Shown: piece by piece, positions 1 to 10,351 of the stretch
Position numbering within the stretch: the stretch's first letter is position 1
Layout of the letters: every line of letters starts with the position of its first letter
DNA from: Halpernia frigidisoli
GTDB lineage: Bacteria; Bacteroidota; Bacteroidia; Flavobacteriales; Weeksellaceae
DNA length: 64,000 nucleotides
Direction: 5' to 3'
Assembly: GCF_900113805.1 (NCBI RefSeq)
Contig: NZ_FOQT01000001.1
Coordinates: forward strand, 722,411 to 786,410
Notes under the pieces: model-generated
The model's input: the letters and a program-made list of their open reading frames with translations, nothing else
The model's database searches: none
Told to the model about the DNA's origin: nothing
Translations under genes and position numbers: made by a program

Positions 1-238
1 AAAAAGTCCCTCCTAATTTATTTTTTAGGAGAATATTTTATTAAAATTTTTTATTTTCCTAATTCAAATTTCAAGAAGACATTTATTTGAATTGTTGCCT
101 GTTAAAATTTATACAAGATTATAAGATTTTGTTTAAAAAAAATTTTTGATACCGGGAAACTTTATAACTTTACTAATAAAGAAAGATTATACAGATCTTC
201 TCCACAATTTTTACTCTCAACCAAATTACTTTTATTTT

Positions 239-2536
239 ATGAACAACATTGAAAACCCAGAAGATCTGGCAAAATGTCCTTTTCGTGGAACACGCGTCGG
301 TGGTGCAATAGGCACTTCACCACAAATTGATGATTGGTGGCCGAACCGTCTTCAGGTAGAACTACTCCATCAGGAACAGCCTGTCGCAAATCCTTTAAGT
401 GGTGAAAATTATAAGGAAGCATTTAATAAAATTGATTATGAAAATTTAAAAAAAGATATTAAAGAGCTTTTAGTAAATTCCCAGGAATGGTGGCCGGCTG
501 ATTACAACAATTACGGTCCGCAAATGATTCGTATGGCCTGGCATTCTGCGGGAACTTACCGTATTGCTGACGGGCGCGGCGGCGCTTCGCAAGGAATGCA
601 GCGTTTTGCGCCAATAAATTCCTGGTGGGATAATGGAAATACCGATAAATCAAGAAGGTTGATTTGGCCTATCAAGAAAAAGTATGGAGCTGCGCTTTCC
701 TGGGCAGATCTTATTATTTTAACAGGAAATTGTTCTCTTGAAATAATGGGTTTTCCGACTTTTGGCTATGCTGGCGGTCGCAGAGATGCGTGGGAACCAG
801 ATCGAAGTACCTACTGGGGACCGGAATTCTGGGAAGGAAAACCTTATGATCAATCTTTGGCTGGACAAGAACGAAAAGGGCATCCCGATGAAATGGTGAA
901 AGCCAATCTCCGATGGATAGGCGGACCGAAAGAAAAATACCACGATTTGGAAAATCCTCTAGCGGCAACTCATCAAGCTTTAATTTATGTAAATCCGGAA
1001 GGACCTGAAGGAAATGGAGATCCTCAGGATTCCGCAAGAAATATTAGGGAATCGTTCAAAAGAATGGCGATGGACGATGAAGAAACTGTGGCTTTAATTG
1101 CTGGCGGTCATGCTTTTGGAAAAAGTCACGGAATGGTTTCTGCCGATAAAATTGGAGCGGCGCCTGAAGCTGCACCAATTCATGCACAAGGTTTGGGATG
1201 GAATAATCCTGTTGGTTCTGGAAATGGAATTAATACTATGACAAATGGTATTGAAGGCTCCTGGATTCCAAATCCTACAAAATGGGACAATGATTATTTA
1301 ACCAATTTGCTAAAATTTGAATGGAAGAAAATTGAAAGCCCGGTTGGTGCAATTCAATGGACTCCAACAGATCCAAATGCGCCAAAAACACCAGATGCTC
1401 ATTTAGATGGTCTATTGAATAACCTAATGATGATGACATCTGATATTGCATTAAAAGTAGATCCAGATTACAAAGTGATTTGCGAAAGATTTTTGAATGA
1501 TTTTGATTATTTTACGGAAACTTTTTCAAAAGCCTGGTATAAACTGAAGCACCGTGACATGGGTCCGAAAGACCGTTATTTAGGACCGGAAGTTGCGAAG
1601 GAAGACCTTATCTGGCAAGATCCGATTCCAAAATTAAATCATGATCTTATAGATAGTAATGATATAGTTAGGTTAAAAAGTGACATTCTAAATAGTGGTT
1701 TAAGTATTTCTGCATTAGTTTCTGCCGCGTGGTCTGCAGCTTCAATTTATCGTGACACTGATAAAAGAGGTGGTGCAAATGGGGCGCGTCTGGCATTGGA
1801 TCCACAAAATAACTGGGAAATTAACAGACCTGAAGAACTTAACAATGTTTTAGAAACTTTAAAAAACATTCAAAATGATTTTCAAAACGGTGAGAATAGT
1901 AATAAAAAGGTTTCTCTAGCAGATCTAATTGTACTTGGTGGTTGCGCAGCTGTTGAAAAAGCAGCAAATAATGCAGGAGTTGAAATCGAAGTGCCTTTTA
2001 CATCGGGAAGAATGGATACAACCCAAGAACTAACCGACGCGGAAAGTTTTGATTGGTTGAAACCAGTTTCTGATGGTTTTAAAAATTACCATAATGATAA
2101 AGTAGGTTACCGTGTTCCGCCAGAAAGAATATTTCTTGACCGTGCTCAACTTTTAACTTTAACGGCGCCGGAATGGACGGTTTTAGTTGGCGGACTTAGA
2201 GTTTTGGATCAAAATTACGACCATTCAAAACATGGCATGTTCACAGAAAATACAGAACATCTTTCAAATGACTTTTTCAAAGTGCTGACAAGTATGGATT
2301 ACGTATGGGTTCCACAAAGTTCGGATGAAATACTTTTTAATTTAAATGATAGAAAAAGCGGAGCTACAAAATATACTGCTACCCGATGCGATCTGATTTT
2401 TGGATCTAATGCGCAGCTTCGAAATATTGCGGAAGTTTACGCAGCAGATGATGGACAAAAAAGATTTGTAAAAGATTTTGTATCAGTTTGGGATAAAGTG
2501 ATGATGCTTGACCGCTATGACGTAAAAGACGAATAA
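239..2536 (+). CDS. katG: catalase-peroxidase KatG
   Basis: The translation matches the KatG family closely, with the distal His/Trp region ([11 protein letters not shown]), the proximal His region and a duplicated peroxidase fold of about 765 aa. The ORF track starts at 146, but similarity to E. coli KatG begins at MNNIEN...KCPF, so the ATG at 239 is preferred. Confidence 0.93.
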   Translation: MNNIENPEDLAKCPFRGTRVGGAIGTSPQIDDWWPNRLQVELLHQEQPVANPLSGENYKEAFNKIDYENLKKDIKELLVNSQEWWPADYNNYGPQMIRMAWHSAGTYRIADGRGGASQGMQRFAPINSWWDNGNTDKSRRLIWPIKKKYGAALSWADLIILTGNCSLEIMGFPTFGYAGGRRDAWEPDRSTYWGPEFWEGKPYDQSLAGQERKGHPDEMVKANLRWIGGPKEKYHDLENPLAATHQALIYVNPEGPEGNGDPQDSARNIRESFKRMAMDDEETVALIAGGHAFGKSHGMVSADKIGAAPEAAPIHAQGLGWNNPVGSGNGINTMTNGIEGSWIPNPTKWDNDYLTNLLKFEWKKIESPVGAIQWTPTDPNAPKTPDAHLDGLLNNLMMMTSDIALKVDPDYKVICERFLNDFDYFTETFSKAWYKLKHRDMGPKDRYLGPEVAKEDLIWQDPIPKLNHDLIDSNDIVRLKSDILNSGLSISALVSAAWSAASIYRDTDKRGGANGARLALDPQNNWEINRPEELNNVLETLKNIQNDFQNGENSNKKVSLADLIVLGGCAAVEKAANNAGVEIEVPFTSGRMDTTQELTDAESFDWLKPVSDGFKNYHNDKVGYRVPPERIFLDRAQLLTLTAPEWTVLVGGLRVLDQNYDHSKHGMFTENTEHLSNDFFKVLTSMDYVWVPQSSDEILFNLNDRKSGATKYTATRCDLIFGSNAQLRNIAEVYAADDGQKRFVKDFVSVWDKVMMLDRYDVKDE

Positions 2537-2560
2537 TTTCTCGTTTAAAAAATGATAAAA

Positions 2561-2598
2561 ATTGCCCGATAAAATAATTTATCGGGCAATTTTATTTT
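2561..2598 (+). terminator. Rho-independent terminator after katG
   Basis: A perfect inverted repeat ATTGCCCGATAAA...TTTATCGGGCAAT is followed by TTTTATTTT, 25 nt after the katG stop. Confidence 0.7.
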
Positions 2599-2674
2599 AA
2601 ATGTGTTCTATTAAATATTAAAATCATTGATTATTTTAAATAATTTTTTAATTTAAAAACATAAAAAAATTCAT

Positions 2675-5200
2675 TTAATACATAAAAGTTAAACCTGCGC
2701 CAAAACCATATTCACTATCATAATTAGTGGAGACAGCCAGCCACTTTTGCAAAATATATTTTAAGCCAAAATCATATTCCTTATCAGAACTAACGGAAAA
2801 ATTTCCCCGGAGTCTTGGTGAAAGTGGAATTCCTTCGCGGCTTAATTCTAAAACAACTTTACCATTTTGATCTACGTTTGCGTCCGCAATCACCAATAGG
2901 GGAAGAATATATTTCATACCTACGATCGCTACATTTTGATCTTTTGGTTTAACATTTTGACCAAACCAGGTTTGCGCCATATCATGTGTTTTGTAAGTTC
3001 TAAAACCGACGTAAGGCAACGCCCATTGGTACTTGCCTAAAAACCTTCCTACTTTTATGCTCCCTTCATAATGCATAAAACTGTAATTAGAGTGCAGTTC
3101 ATTTACATTCATCCAGCGTGGACCGATCATAGTCATATTTTCTAAATGAAGTTTATTTGATGAAACATCAAGCATCGCCGTTGTGTTTACCATGTTGTTC
3201 ATTTTTTTAAACATTTTGTAAGACATTTCTTTATGAGGTAATTGCGGATTAGGCGCAGAATTTTCATAACTGAATACCCTGCCCATTCCAGTCATCATGT
3301 GGTATAAAATATGACAGTGAAAAAACCAGTCGCCGTCCTGGTTTGCAGCGAATTCAATAGTGTCGGTTTCCATCGGACCAATATCGACCACAGTTTTCAT
3401 AGGCGAATATTCACCTTTTGAATTCACCAATCTAAAATCGTGACCATGAAGGTGCATTGGATGCCGCATCATGGAGTTATTATAAATTACCATCCTGATC
3501 ACTTCTCCTTTTTTTATCAAAATTTTATCAGTTTCTGCAACCGTTTTATTATCTAAAGTCCAAAGATAATTGCGCATATTTCCCTGCAGCGTAAAATTGA
3601 GTGTTCTCACATTGTCTTCCGGTAGAATCGTTTTTTCTGTGGATTTCAGCATATTATAAGTAAGACGTTTTATTGATTTTTGATCACTAGAATTCATGGT
3701 TATTCCGTCCATTTTCATATCAGATTTCATATCCATCTTACTGTGATCCATTTTCATATTTTGAGAATTTTCACTCATTCCCATCATTTCATTCATGTGA
3801 TCCATAGTTGCCATTTTTTGACTTTCAGGCAATTCAGGATACATTACTTCATTCATATCCATCGTCTGATTGCCCATCTGCATACTCATTGGCTTCATAT
3901 CACCGCTCATTTTCATCATCCCGTTCATCATTTTCATTCCTTTGAAAAGTTCTAATCTTGGGAGAATCGGCGCATTTATTTTTTCACCAGAGCCTAAAAA
4001 AAGTGATGCAAAACCTTGTCTGTCTTCGGAAGTCGCACGAAATTCAAAACTTTTATTTTCCGGTAATGTAACTTCAATATCATAGGTTTCTGAAACTCCG
4101 ACAATTAATCGATCAACATCAATTGGCACAACTTCATTTCCATCGTTTGCAATAACTTTAATTTTTCCCCCGCCAAAATTTAACCAAAAATAAGTAGATG
4201 AACCACCATTTACGATACGCAAATGAACTTTGTCTCCAGCTTTTAAATTGGAATAATCTGATGAATTTTCTCCGTTTATTAAAAATTTATTATAGTAAAC
4301 ATCGCTTACATCCATTGCTTCCATTCTCTTCCACTCATTTAAAAGTTTCGTTCCCACATTACCGGTTTTTAAAGCTTCAAAATAACTTTGCGTCGTTTTT
4401 TTCTTAATTCCCCACCAATCAGTTTGATCCATGTGAAGTCTTCTCATTATTTGATTGGGGTTTTCATCCGTCCATTCTCCTAAAAGCACAGGAATATCTG
4501 CCGCGAATTTTTGTTCTGCCATATTTTCCCTTTCTTTAAAAACCAAAACGCCGTTCATTCCGATCTGTTCCTGCGTTCCTTCATGAGAATGATACCAATA
4601 AGTTCCGTTTTGAGAAATTTTAAATTTGTAAAGTTGAGTTTCGCCAGGTTTTACGGGTTTGGAAGTTAGAAAGGGAACCCCATCCATTTCATTTGGCAAA
4701 ATAACGCCATGCCAGTGCAAACCCGTGTTTTCTTTTAGCATATTATGCAGATAAATTTCTGCCGTGTCTCCTTCAGTAAAATATAAAGTTGGCGCTTGCA
4801 ATTTTCCATTTGTTGCTATTGCTCTTGCTGGTTTTCCGCTAAAATTAACCAAAGTGTCTTTTACATATAGATCATATCGAACGGTTTTTCCACCAAAAGA
4901 AATCTTTCCGTTTTCGTCTGATTTTGTTTTTTTATTGACGTCCATTTTCATTCCGGTCATTCCATTCATTTGCATCTTTTCCTTTCCATTCATCTTCATT
5001 TTGATCTTACCAACTGGTTTGTTGTCCAACTTCCCAGTCATTTTCATCTTCTTCTTTGTATCGGTCTTACTCTCTTTTTTGACCTCCATTTTCATCCCTT
5101 TCATACCATTCATATCCATGTCCTTCATTTGGGAAAACCCTTGTAAAGAAAAGAAAAGCATTAAAGCAATTATGTATTTAGATGTATTTCTATTTTTCAT
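2675..5200 (-). CDS. multicopper oxidase (CopA/PcoA-like) with Met-rich segments and a C-terminal CopB-like extension
   Basis: A signal peptide is followed by cupredoxin copper-ligand motifs (HWHG, HSH, HPMHLHGH, HCHILYHMMTGM). Two Met-rich regions of MxxM/MKMD type are present. About 200 extra C-terminal residues end in an aromatic residue. Confidence 0.8.
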   Translation of the reverse strand: MKNRNTSKYIIALMLFFSLQGFSQMKDMDMNGMKGMKMEVKKESKTDTKKKMKMTGKLDNKPVGKIKMKMNGKEKMQMNGMTGMKMDVNKKTKSDENGKISFGGKTVRYDLYVKDTLVNFSGKPARAIATNGKLQAPTLYFTEGDTAEIYLHNMLKENTGLHWHGVILPNEMDGVPFLTSKPVKPGETQLYKFKISQNGTYWYHSHEGTQEQIGMNGVLVFKERENMAEQKFAADIPVLLGEWTDENPNQIMRRLHMDQTDWWGIKKKTTQSYFEALKTGNVGTKLLNEWKRMEAMDVSDVYYNKFLINGENSSDYSNLKAGDKVHLRIVNGGSSTYFWLNFGGGKIKVIANDGNEVVPIDVDRLIVGVSETYDIEVTLPENKSFEFRATSEDRQGFASLFLGSGEKINAPILPRLELFKGMKMMNGMMKMSGDMKPMSMQMGNQTMDMNEVMYPELPESQKMATMDHMNEMMGMSENSQNMKMDHSKMDMKSDMKMDGITMNSSDQKSIKRLTYNMLKSTEKTILPEDNVRTLNFTLQGNMRNYLWTLDNKTVAETDKILIKKGEVIRMVIYNNSMMRHPMHLHGHDFRLVNSKGEYSPMKTVVDIGPMETDTIEFAANQDGDWFFHCHILYHMMTGMGRVFSYENSAPNPQLPHKEMSYKMFKKMNNMVNTTAMLDVSSNKLHLENMTMIGPRWMNVNELHSNYSFMHYEGSIKVGRFLGKYQWALPYVGFRTYKTHDMAQTWFGQNVKPKDQNVAIVGMKYILPLLVIADANVDQNGKVVLELSREGIPLSPRLRGNFSVSSDKEYDFGLKYILQKWLAVSTNYDSEYGFGAGLTFMY

Positions 5201-5678
5201 TTTCTAATCTTTTTATAATCGCTTTCATCTCAAGGATTTCTTTTTTCTGAGCCGAAATGATACTGTTTGCTAATTTTTTTACTTCAGGATCTTTAATATC
5301 TGCTCTCTCACTTGTTAAAATTGCAATTGAGTGGTGGGGAATCATACCTTTCATCCAAAGAATATCACCAATTACTGGACTTTGAGTTCTTACTAGAAAT
5401 AGAGATCCAAAAAATAAAATTAAACTTCCAACGATAATCGAAACATTATGTTTTTTATTTTGATACATTTTGAGCATAAAAGCGAGCATCACGAGAGCCA
5501 TACAAGCGATCATTAAACAAGTCATATAAAATCTTGTTAAACTAAAATAAACGTGATCCAATTCATAAGTGTTTAAATACATCACAATGTACATGACTAT
5601 AAATGACACTGTCAGCATTAGAAAAAATTTCGGATACGGATTTTTTGCTTCTTTTATATTTTGAGGTGAAGTTTGCAT
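5190..5678 (-). CDS. DUF305 domain membrane protein (copper-resistance associated)
   Basis: A transmembrane N-terminus is followed by a conserved MIPHHxxAI motif typical of DUF305. It lies directly downstream of the multicopper oxidase. Confidence 0.6.
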   Translation of the reverse strand: MQTSPQNIKEAKNPYPKFFLMLTVSFIVMYIVMYLNTYELDHVYFSLTRFYMTCLMIACMALVMLAFMLKMYQNKKHNVSIIVGSLILFFGSLFLVRTQSPVIGDILWMKGMIPHHSIAILTSERADIKDPEVKKLANSIISAQKKEILEMKAIIKRLENEK

Positions 5679-5779
5679 TTTTTACTTTTTAATTATTACA
5701 TTTTTGAAATTGTAAAATTGAGAATCTTTACGATAAAAAATATCGCAACCAAAAACTAATTATTCTCGTTAGTTTAATT

Positions 5780-6250
5780 TTATTTAATCTCAGATTTCAC
5801 GCTGCCACAAGACAACATCGAACTTCCGTAAAATGGGTTTTTTACTTCTTTTTCTGAGCTTAACCAACTTGAATCAGCCATTGGACAATATTGAACAAAA
5901 ACCGATTTATCAGCCAGTTTAAAATTCTTCGTTAAAGAAATCATATTTTGTGATAAATGACCAAAAATTTCACGCTGAGAATCAATGCTTCTGCTGTCTG
6001 AGATTTGCGAAGCATCTTTTTTAAGAACATTTATATTACCTTCAGATAGTACTTTAAAGTCAATCATAGAAGCAGATTTTATAAATTCATTGGCAGCCTT
6101 TGAGGCATTGTCTGAATTATCAGAAACCAAAGCATTTTTAATACTTAGATAATTTTGAAAGAGTTTAGAAATTGAAGCGTCGTTTTGTTGCGCTGAAAAT
6201 GTTATTACAGAAAAAACTGTTAATACTGCGGTGAAAATGAATTTTTTCAT
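5780..6250 (-). CDS. DUF3347 domain secreted protein (heavy-metal associated)
   Basis: A signal peptide is followed by a YCPMA motif near the C-terminus characteristic of DUF3347. It sits in a copper context. Confidence 0.55.
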   Translation of the reverse strand: MKKFIFTAVLTVFSVITFSAQQNDASISKLFQNYLSIKNALVSDNSDNASKAANEFIKSASMIDFKVLSEGNINVLKKDASQISDSRSIDSQREIFGHLSQNMISLTKNFKLADKSVFVQYCPMADSSWLSSEKEVKNPFYGSSMLSCGSVKSEIK

Positions 6251-6350
6251 TTTGTTAAATTTTAGATTTTAGTAAATAATTATTAGCCGGAAATTTAATT
6301 TCCAGACACGATTTTTTATCCTTTAAATAATAAAAAGGATATTAACTATT

Positions 6351-6728
6351 CTAAATTCTAAAATTACAATCTCTAATGAAAAGCGCCAATGTCCTTTTTT
6401 CAGGTGGCGCATTGATACGAACAAAAGATCTGTTCGTGGAAGAAATTTTAAAAACTGGATTTAAATAAACTGATTTTGGAAGTAAAGCAAGGTGCTTTAA
6501 TAAATCAATTTTAAGAAAATCGGCTTTATTTGCCGGACTTGTTTTTACGATCTTAAACTGCGTTTTGCAGCAGTCATTTTTCTTTTCAGTTTTACAAAGT
6601 TTGCAGGTCTGATCAGAATTTACAGCAAAAATTGAAAAACTTTCCAAACATTGGTGCAACTTGTAAACCATCCCGGAAGAAGTTCCGAAATAGAAAAAAG
6701 TAAGCATTATGATTAAAAACTTTTTCAC
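6351..6728 (-). CDS. small secreted Cys-rich protein, HYC_CC_PP-like
   Basis: A signal peptide is followed by H-Q-C, CKLC, CC and PP motifs in the order typical of the HYC_CC_PP family found next to metal-resistance genes in Flavobacteria. Confidence 0.4.
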   Translation of the reverse strand: MKKFLIIMLTFFYFGTSSGMVYKLHQCLESFSIFAVNSDQTCKLCKTEKKNDCCKTQFKIVKTSPANKADFLKIDLLKHLALLPKSVYLNPVFKISSTNRSFVRINAPPEKRTLALFIRDCNFRI

Positions 6729-6784
6729 TAAAATATTTTTACAAAGGTATTTAAAATATCTACGTGATTTTTATGATAAAAGTT

Positions 6785-7360
6785 TTATTTATTGCCTAAA
6801 TTCTTCCGAACCCTGCTTAAACTCTCAGGCGTAATACCAAGATAAGAAGCGACCATCCATTGTGGAACACGCTGAAAAACATTAGGATAGGTTTTAAGAA
6901 AATCCAAATACCGCTCTTCTGCCGTTGCGCCTAGTAGTTGATTTATCCTTTTTTGCAGTGCACGAATGTGATTATTCATCACCCGAAAATTATTATCCGA
7001 AACTTCAGAATTACTTTTAAAAATATTTGAAAAAAAATCGGATGGCAAAACTGCTATTTCACTATTTTCAACCGCTTCAATATAATAACTGGATTCCTCT
7101 TTGAAGATCTGACTTGTTCTGTCGCCGATGATCCAATTTTCAGGTGCGAATTGTATGATGTGTTCTTTGCCGTTTTTATCAATAGAAAACATTCTGAGCA
7201 AGCCTTTTTCTACAAAAAAAGTGTCATTGCAAGTCTCTCCTGCTTCCAGCAAAAAAGAACCTTTTTCAATTTTTTTTTCTTTGTAAAACTGCTGGCAAAT
7301 CGGAGAGTTTCCTGTGGGAACAGCCAGAACATTGACCAGATAATTTTGAAAATTCTCCAA
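6785..7360 (-). CDS. Crp/Fnr family transcriptional regulator
   Basis: An N-terminal cNMP-binding beta-roll (GETCNDTFFVEKGLLR) is followed by a C-terminal HTH (ASYLGITPESLSRVRK). Confidence 0.8.
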   Translation of the reverse strand: MENFQNYLVNVLAVPTGNSPICQQFYKEKKIEKGSFLLEAGETCNDTFFVEKGLLRMFSIDKNGKEHIIQFAPENWIIGDRTSQIFKEESSYYIEAVENSEIAVLPSDFFSNIFKSNSEVSDNNFRVMNNHIRALQKRINQLLGATAEERYLDFLKTYPNVFQRVPQWMVASYLGITPESLSRVRKNLGNK

Positions 7361-7361
7361 A

Positions 7362-7757
7362 TTACTTTAAAGCTTGTAGAACCTGGTCAAAATCAATATT
7401 GTCGTGCGATGCATCGTATTTCAAATGTCCGTTTACAACTAAAATAGCTTGCGGACTTTGATGCGTTACGTTCAAATCATTAGCCATCAAATTTGAAATT
7501 GGTCTGAAATGTAAAAGATCCAAATAATAAAGATCAACTTTATCTTTATCATCAGAATGACTGATTTGTTTTTCTAAATTTTTCTTTACAGACTTACTTA
7601 TAAAGCAAGTGGTCGAGTGTTTAAAAAATAAAATTGGCTTTTCGAAAGATTTGCTAAGCGCATCTCTGTATTCTTCTACATTTTCTAATTCCTGCCAAGA
7701 TGTTTGAACATCTTCAGAAACATCACTTTTTCCGAAAAACTGATCTAAGAAACCCAT
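7362..7757 (-). CDS. ytxJ: bacillithiol system redox-active protein YtxJ (thioredoxin-like, DUF2847)
   Basis: The length of about 130 aa and a single-Cys TCxxS-type motif (HSTTCFISKS) fit YtxJ. Its start lies 2 bp from the Crp gene stop. Confidence 0.6.
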   Translation of the reverse strand: MGFLDQFFGKSDVSEDVQTSWQELENVEEYRDALSKSFEKPILFFKHSTTCFISKSVKKNLEKQISHSDDKDKVDLYYLDLLHFRPISNLMANDLNVTHQSPQAILVVNGHLKYDASHDNIDFDQVLQALK

Positions 7758-7890
7758 TTTTTTAATAATTTTATTTAATTGACTAAATTAAGAAATTTGC
7801 TGTTGATTTAAAAACAAATTTTCATTTTTATTATTGTTTAAAATTTTAAATAAAAACTTTAAAAGTAAAAACTGTTATTTTTTTCTAATT

Positions 7891-8430
7891 TTAAATCCAT
7901 TTTTTTTCGAGCATTAAATTTTTGATATGTGCAAAATGATGATTGCAATGCCACGAATACTGCGTCAAACTTTCTTTTAAAGTGAAAACTCTGTTCTGTT
8001 GCGGATGGAAAAAAGTATGCTCAAATTCTTTATTAGTAAGACATTTCATTTCATAAACCCATCTTTTATGCACACCGTCCAATATTTTCAAAGAAGAATC
8101 AATTCCCATACTAAAACTGTCCTGCAATTCTGCCCACTGCGCTTCGTCATAAGCTTTTATCACAGGATTATCTTCCGTTAAAGCCAGTTTAAAACGTATA
8201 AAAGCATTCATATGACTGTCTGCCAAATGATTAATAACCTGCCTGATCTTCCAGCCATCTTTTCTGTAAGGTTCGTCAAGTTGATCATCACTCAGATCCT
8301 CAACTAAATGTTTTATTTTTTTTGGGAAATTTTTAATGACCTTTATATGATGGTCGATATCCTGATCTGTTATCTCAAAAGGTATTTCAAATCTACCGAT
8401 CGGATATTTTTTTTGTTCTAAACTGTCCAT
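7891..8430 (-). CDS. DinB/YfiT-family putative metal-dependent hydrolase or thiol transferase
   Basis: His-rich motifs (HLADSHMNAF, WHCNHHFAHI) match the DinB_2/YfiT fold. Confidence 0.6.
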   Translation of the reverse strand: MDSLEQKKYPIGRFEIPFEITDQDIDHHIKVIKNFPKKIKHLVEDLSDDQLDEPYRKDGWKIRQVINHLADSHMNAFIRFKLALTEDNPVIKAYDEAQWAELQDSFSMGIDSSLKILDGVHKRWVYEMKCLTNKEFEHTFFHPQQNRVFTLKESLTQYSWHCNHHFAHIKNLMLEKKWI

Positions 8431-8541
8431 TCTGATTTTTAAAATTTGTCGATTTGGCTGATTCTTTTATTTGGCTAAAATTTTGAGATTTTTCTTTTGT
8501 AAATTTAAAGAAATTTACTCAAAATGTAATAAAATTTTAAA

Positions 8542-9147
8542 ATGAAAAAAGCCCTTATAATAGTTGACGTTCAAAATGATTTTTGCGAAGGTGGCGCGTT
8601 GGCCGTACCGGAAGCTAATTCCGTTATTCCATATATCAACCTTTTGATGAAAGACAATGAATATGATCAGATAATTTTAACCCAAGATTGGCATCCTTCC
8701 AATCATAAAAGTTTTGCCAGCAACAACGGACAAAAAGTGGGCGACACTATTATTTTGAATGGAATTCCGCAATTTATGTGGCCGGATCATTGCGTGCAAG
8801 GTTCTTTTGGCGCAGAATTTCACAAAGATCTTAATCGGGAAAAAGTAACGCATATTGTTCAAAAAGGTATGAAAGCAGATTTTGACAGTTATAGCGGTTT
8901 TCAGGATAATAACCATTTTTTAAAAACTGATCTCGCTGATTTTTTAAAATTCCATGATATTAAATTAGTTGAAATTGTCGGTTTAGCTTTGGATTATTGT
9001 GTGAAATTCACCTGCCTTGATGCAGTGAAAGAAGGTTTTATTACCTGTTTACATTTCAACGGAACAAAGGCTGTCAATGTGAAACCCGACAGTGGAAAAA
9101 ATACAATTTATGAAATGCTGGAAAAAAGTGTAACGATTTTGGGATAA
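8542..9147 (+). CDS. pncA: nicotinamidase/pyrazinamidase (isochorismatase family)
   Basis: The N-terminus ALIIVDVQNDFCEGGALAV and a catalytic Cys (LDYCVKFT) match PncA. Confidence 0.8.
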   Translation: MKKALIIVDVQNDFCEGGALAVPEANSVIPYINLLMKDNEYDQIILTQDWHPSNHKSFASNNGQKVGDTIILNGIPQFMWPDHCVQGSFGAEFHKDLNREKVTHIVQKGMKADFDSYSGFQDNNHFLKTDLADFLKFHDIKLVEIVGLALDYCVKFTCLDAVKEGFITCLHFNGTKAVNVKPDSGKNTIYEMLEKSVTILG

Positions 9148-9187
9148 AAAAAAGAGAATAAATTAAATTTTATTCTCTTTTGTGTTT

Positions 9188-10345
9188 TTACATCATTTTC
9201 AAGGTGTTCACCTCTAATTCTGTCAAGATTCTCCAGTGTCCACGCTTGATATTTTTCTTTGTTAAGCCGGCAAACATTACACGGTCTAAAATATCAACTT
9301 CATACCCTAGTTTTCTAAAAATTCTTCGCACAACGCGATTCCAACCTATGTGAAGTTCGATTCCTACTTCATTTTTTGGTTTTCCTTCAATGAAAGAAAC
9401 GCTGTCAACTTCTGCAACTCCTTCTTCCAGTCTTACGCCGTCTTTTATTTGCTGCAAATCTGCGTTTGTCAATTTCCGATCTAAAGTGACGTGGTATATT
9501 TTCTTTAAATTAAAAGATGGATGCGTCAATTTTTTAGTAATGTGACCATCATTCGTCAATAGAATAACGCCAGTTGTCTGACGATCAAGTCTTCCTACAG
9601 GAAATGTTCTGTATGGTGAAGCATTTGCAACAAGATCCATCACAGTTTTTCTAGCTTTTTCGTCCTTCGTTGTAGAAATATAGCCTTTTGGTTTATTTAA
9701 AAGAACATAAACAGGTTTTTCTGGTGTAATATTATTTCCGTCAAAAACAACTCTATCGGTTTTCTCCACCTGATAACCCATTTCTGTGGTTACTTTTCCG
9801 TTTACTTCCACCAAACCTTGCGTGATTAAAGTATCCGCTTCTCTCCTGCTGCAAATCCCGGAATTTGCGATATATTTATTTAAACGAATAGTATCTTTTG
9901 GCGTTTCGTTGGCGATCTTATCAAATCTTCTTTTTAAAACAAAAGATTTCGTTTTTTCGGCAGTCATATCTTTTCCAAAATTCTTATCAAAGTTTTTGAA
10001 GACTTTTTTTGGTCCGGCTTTATAATCGCCTTTTTCAAATTTTGCGCTGCTGTCGAAAGATTTTCCTACTCTTTTGCCAACGGCAGATCTGCTTGGTTTA
10101 GCGGTGAAGGATTTTTCGAAAGAATTTACTTCAGAATTATTTAAAATTCGTGGTTCTCTTTTTTCAATTTTTTTCTCAAACTTAGGTTTTGCAGAACGTG
10201 CCGAAGGTTTCGGTTTTGAAGTTGATGCTGGTTTTCTATTATTTGATCCTGTTTTACGTTCTCTGCTCATTTCTGAATATTTTTGCAAATATACGGATTT
10301 CGCCACGATCTTTTTTATTACTAAATTTACATTTTTTAACCCCAA
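9188..10345 (-). CDS. rluB: rRNA pseudouridine synthase RluB-like (S4 + PseudoU_synth_2) with a Lys-rich N-terminal extension
   Basis: An S4 domain (IRLNKYIANSGICSRREAD) is followed by RluB-type catalytic motifs (PVGRLDRQTTGVILLTND). The start is uncertain, with alternative ATG codons at 10270 and 9967. Confidence 0.75.
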   Translation of the reverse strand: MGLKNVNLVIKKIVAKSVYLQKYSEMSRERKTGSNNRKPASTSKPKPSARSAKPKFEKKIEKREPRILNNSEVNSFEKSFTAKPSRSAVGKRVGKSFDSSAKFEKGDYKAGPKKVFKNFDKNFGKDMTAEKTKSFVLKRRFDKIANETPKDTIRLNKYIANSGICSRREADTLITQGLVEVNGKVTTEMGYQVEKTDRVVFDGNNITPEKPVYVLLNKPKGYISTTKDEKARKTVMDLVANASPYRTFPVGRLDRQTTGVILLTNDGHITKKLTHPSFNLKKIYHVTLDRKLTNADLQQIKDGVRLEEGVAEVDSVSFIEGKPKNEVGIELHIGWNRVVRRIFRKLGYEVDILDRVMFAGLTKKNIKRGHWRILTELEVNTLKMM

Positions 10346-10351
10346 AAAAGA

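Noticed and set aside
146-238. 31-aa N-terminal extension of katG in the ORF track
   Set aside because: Similarity to KatG begins at the internal Met (MNNIEN...KCPF). The extension has no homology and would leave no promoter space.
3680-4085. His-rich plus-strand ORFs (3680-3955, 3870-4085) opposite the multicopper oxidase
   Set aside because: These are mirror images of the oxidase's Met-rich segments, because ATG reads as CAT on the other strand. They lie fully inside a well-supported gene on the opposite strand.
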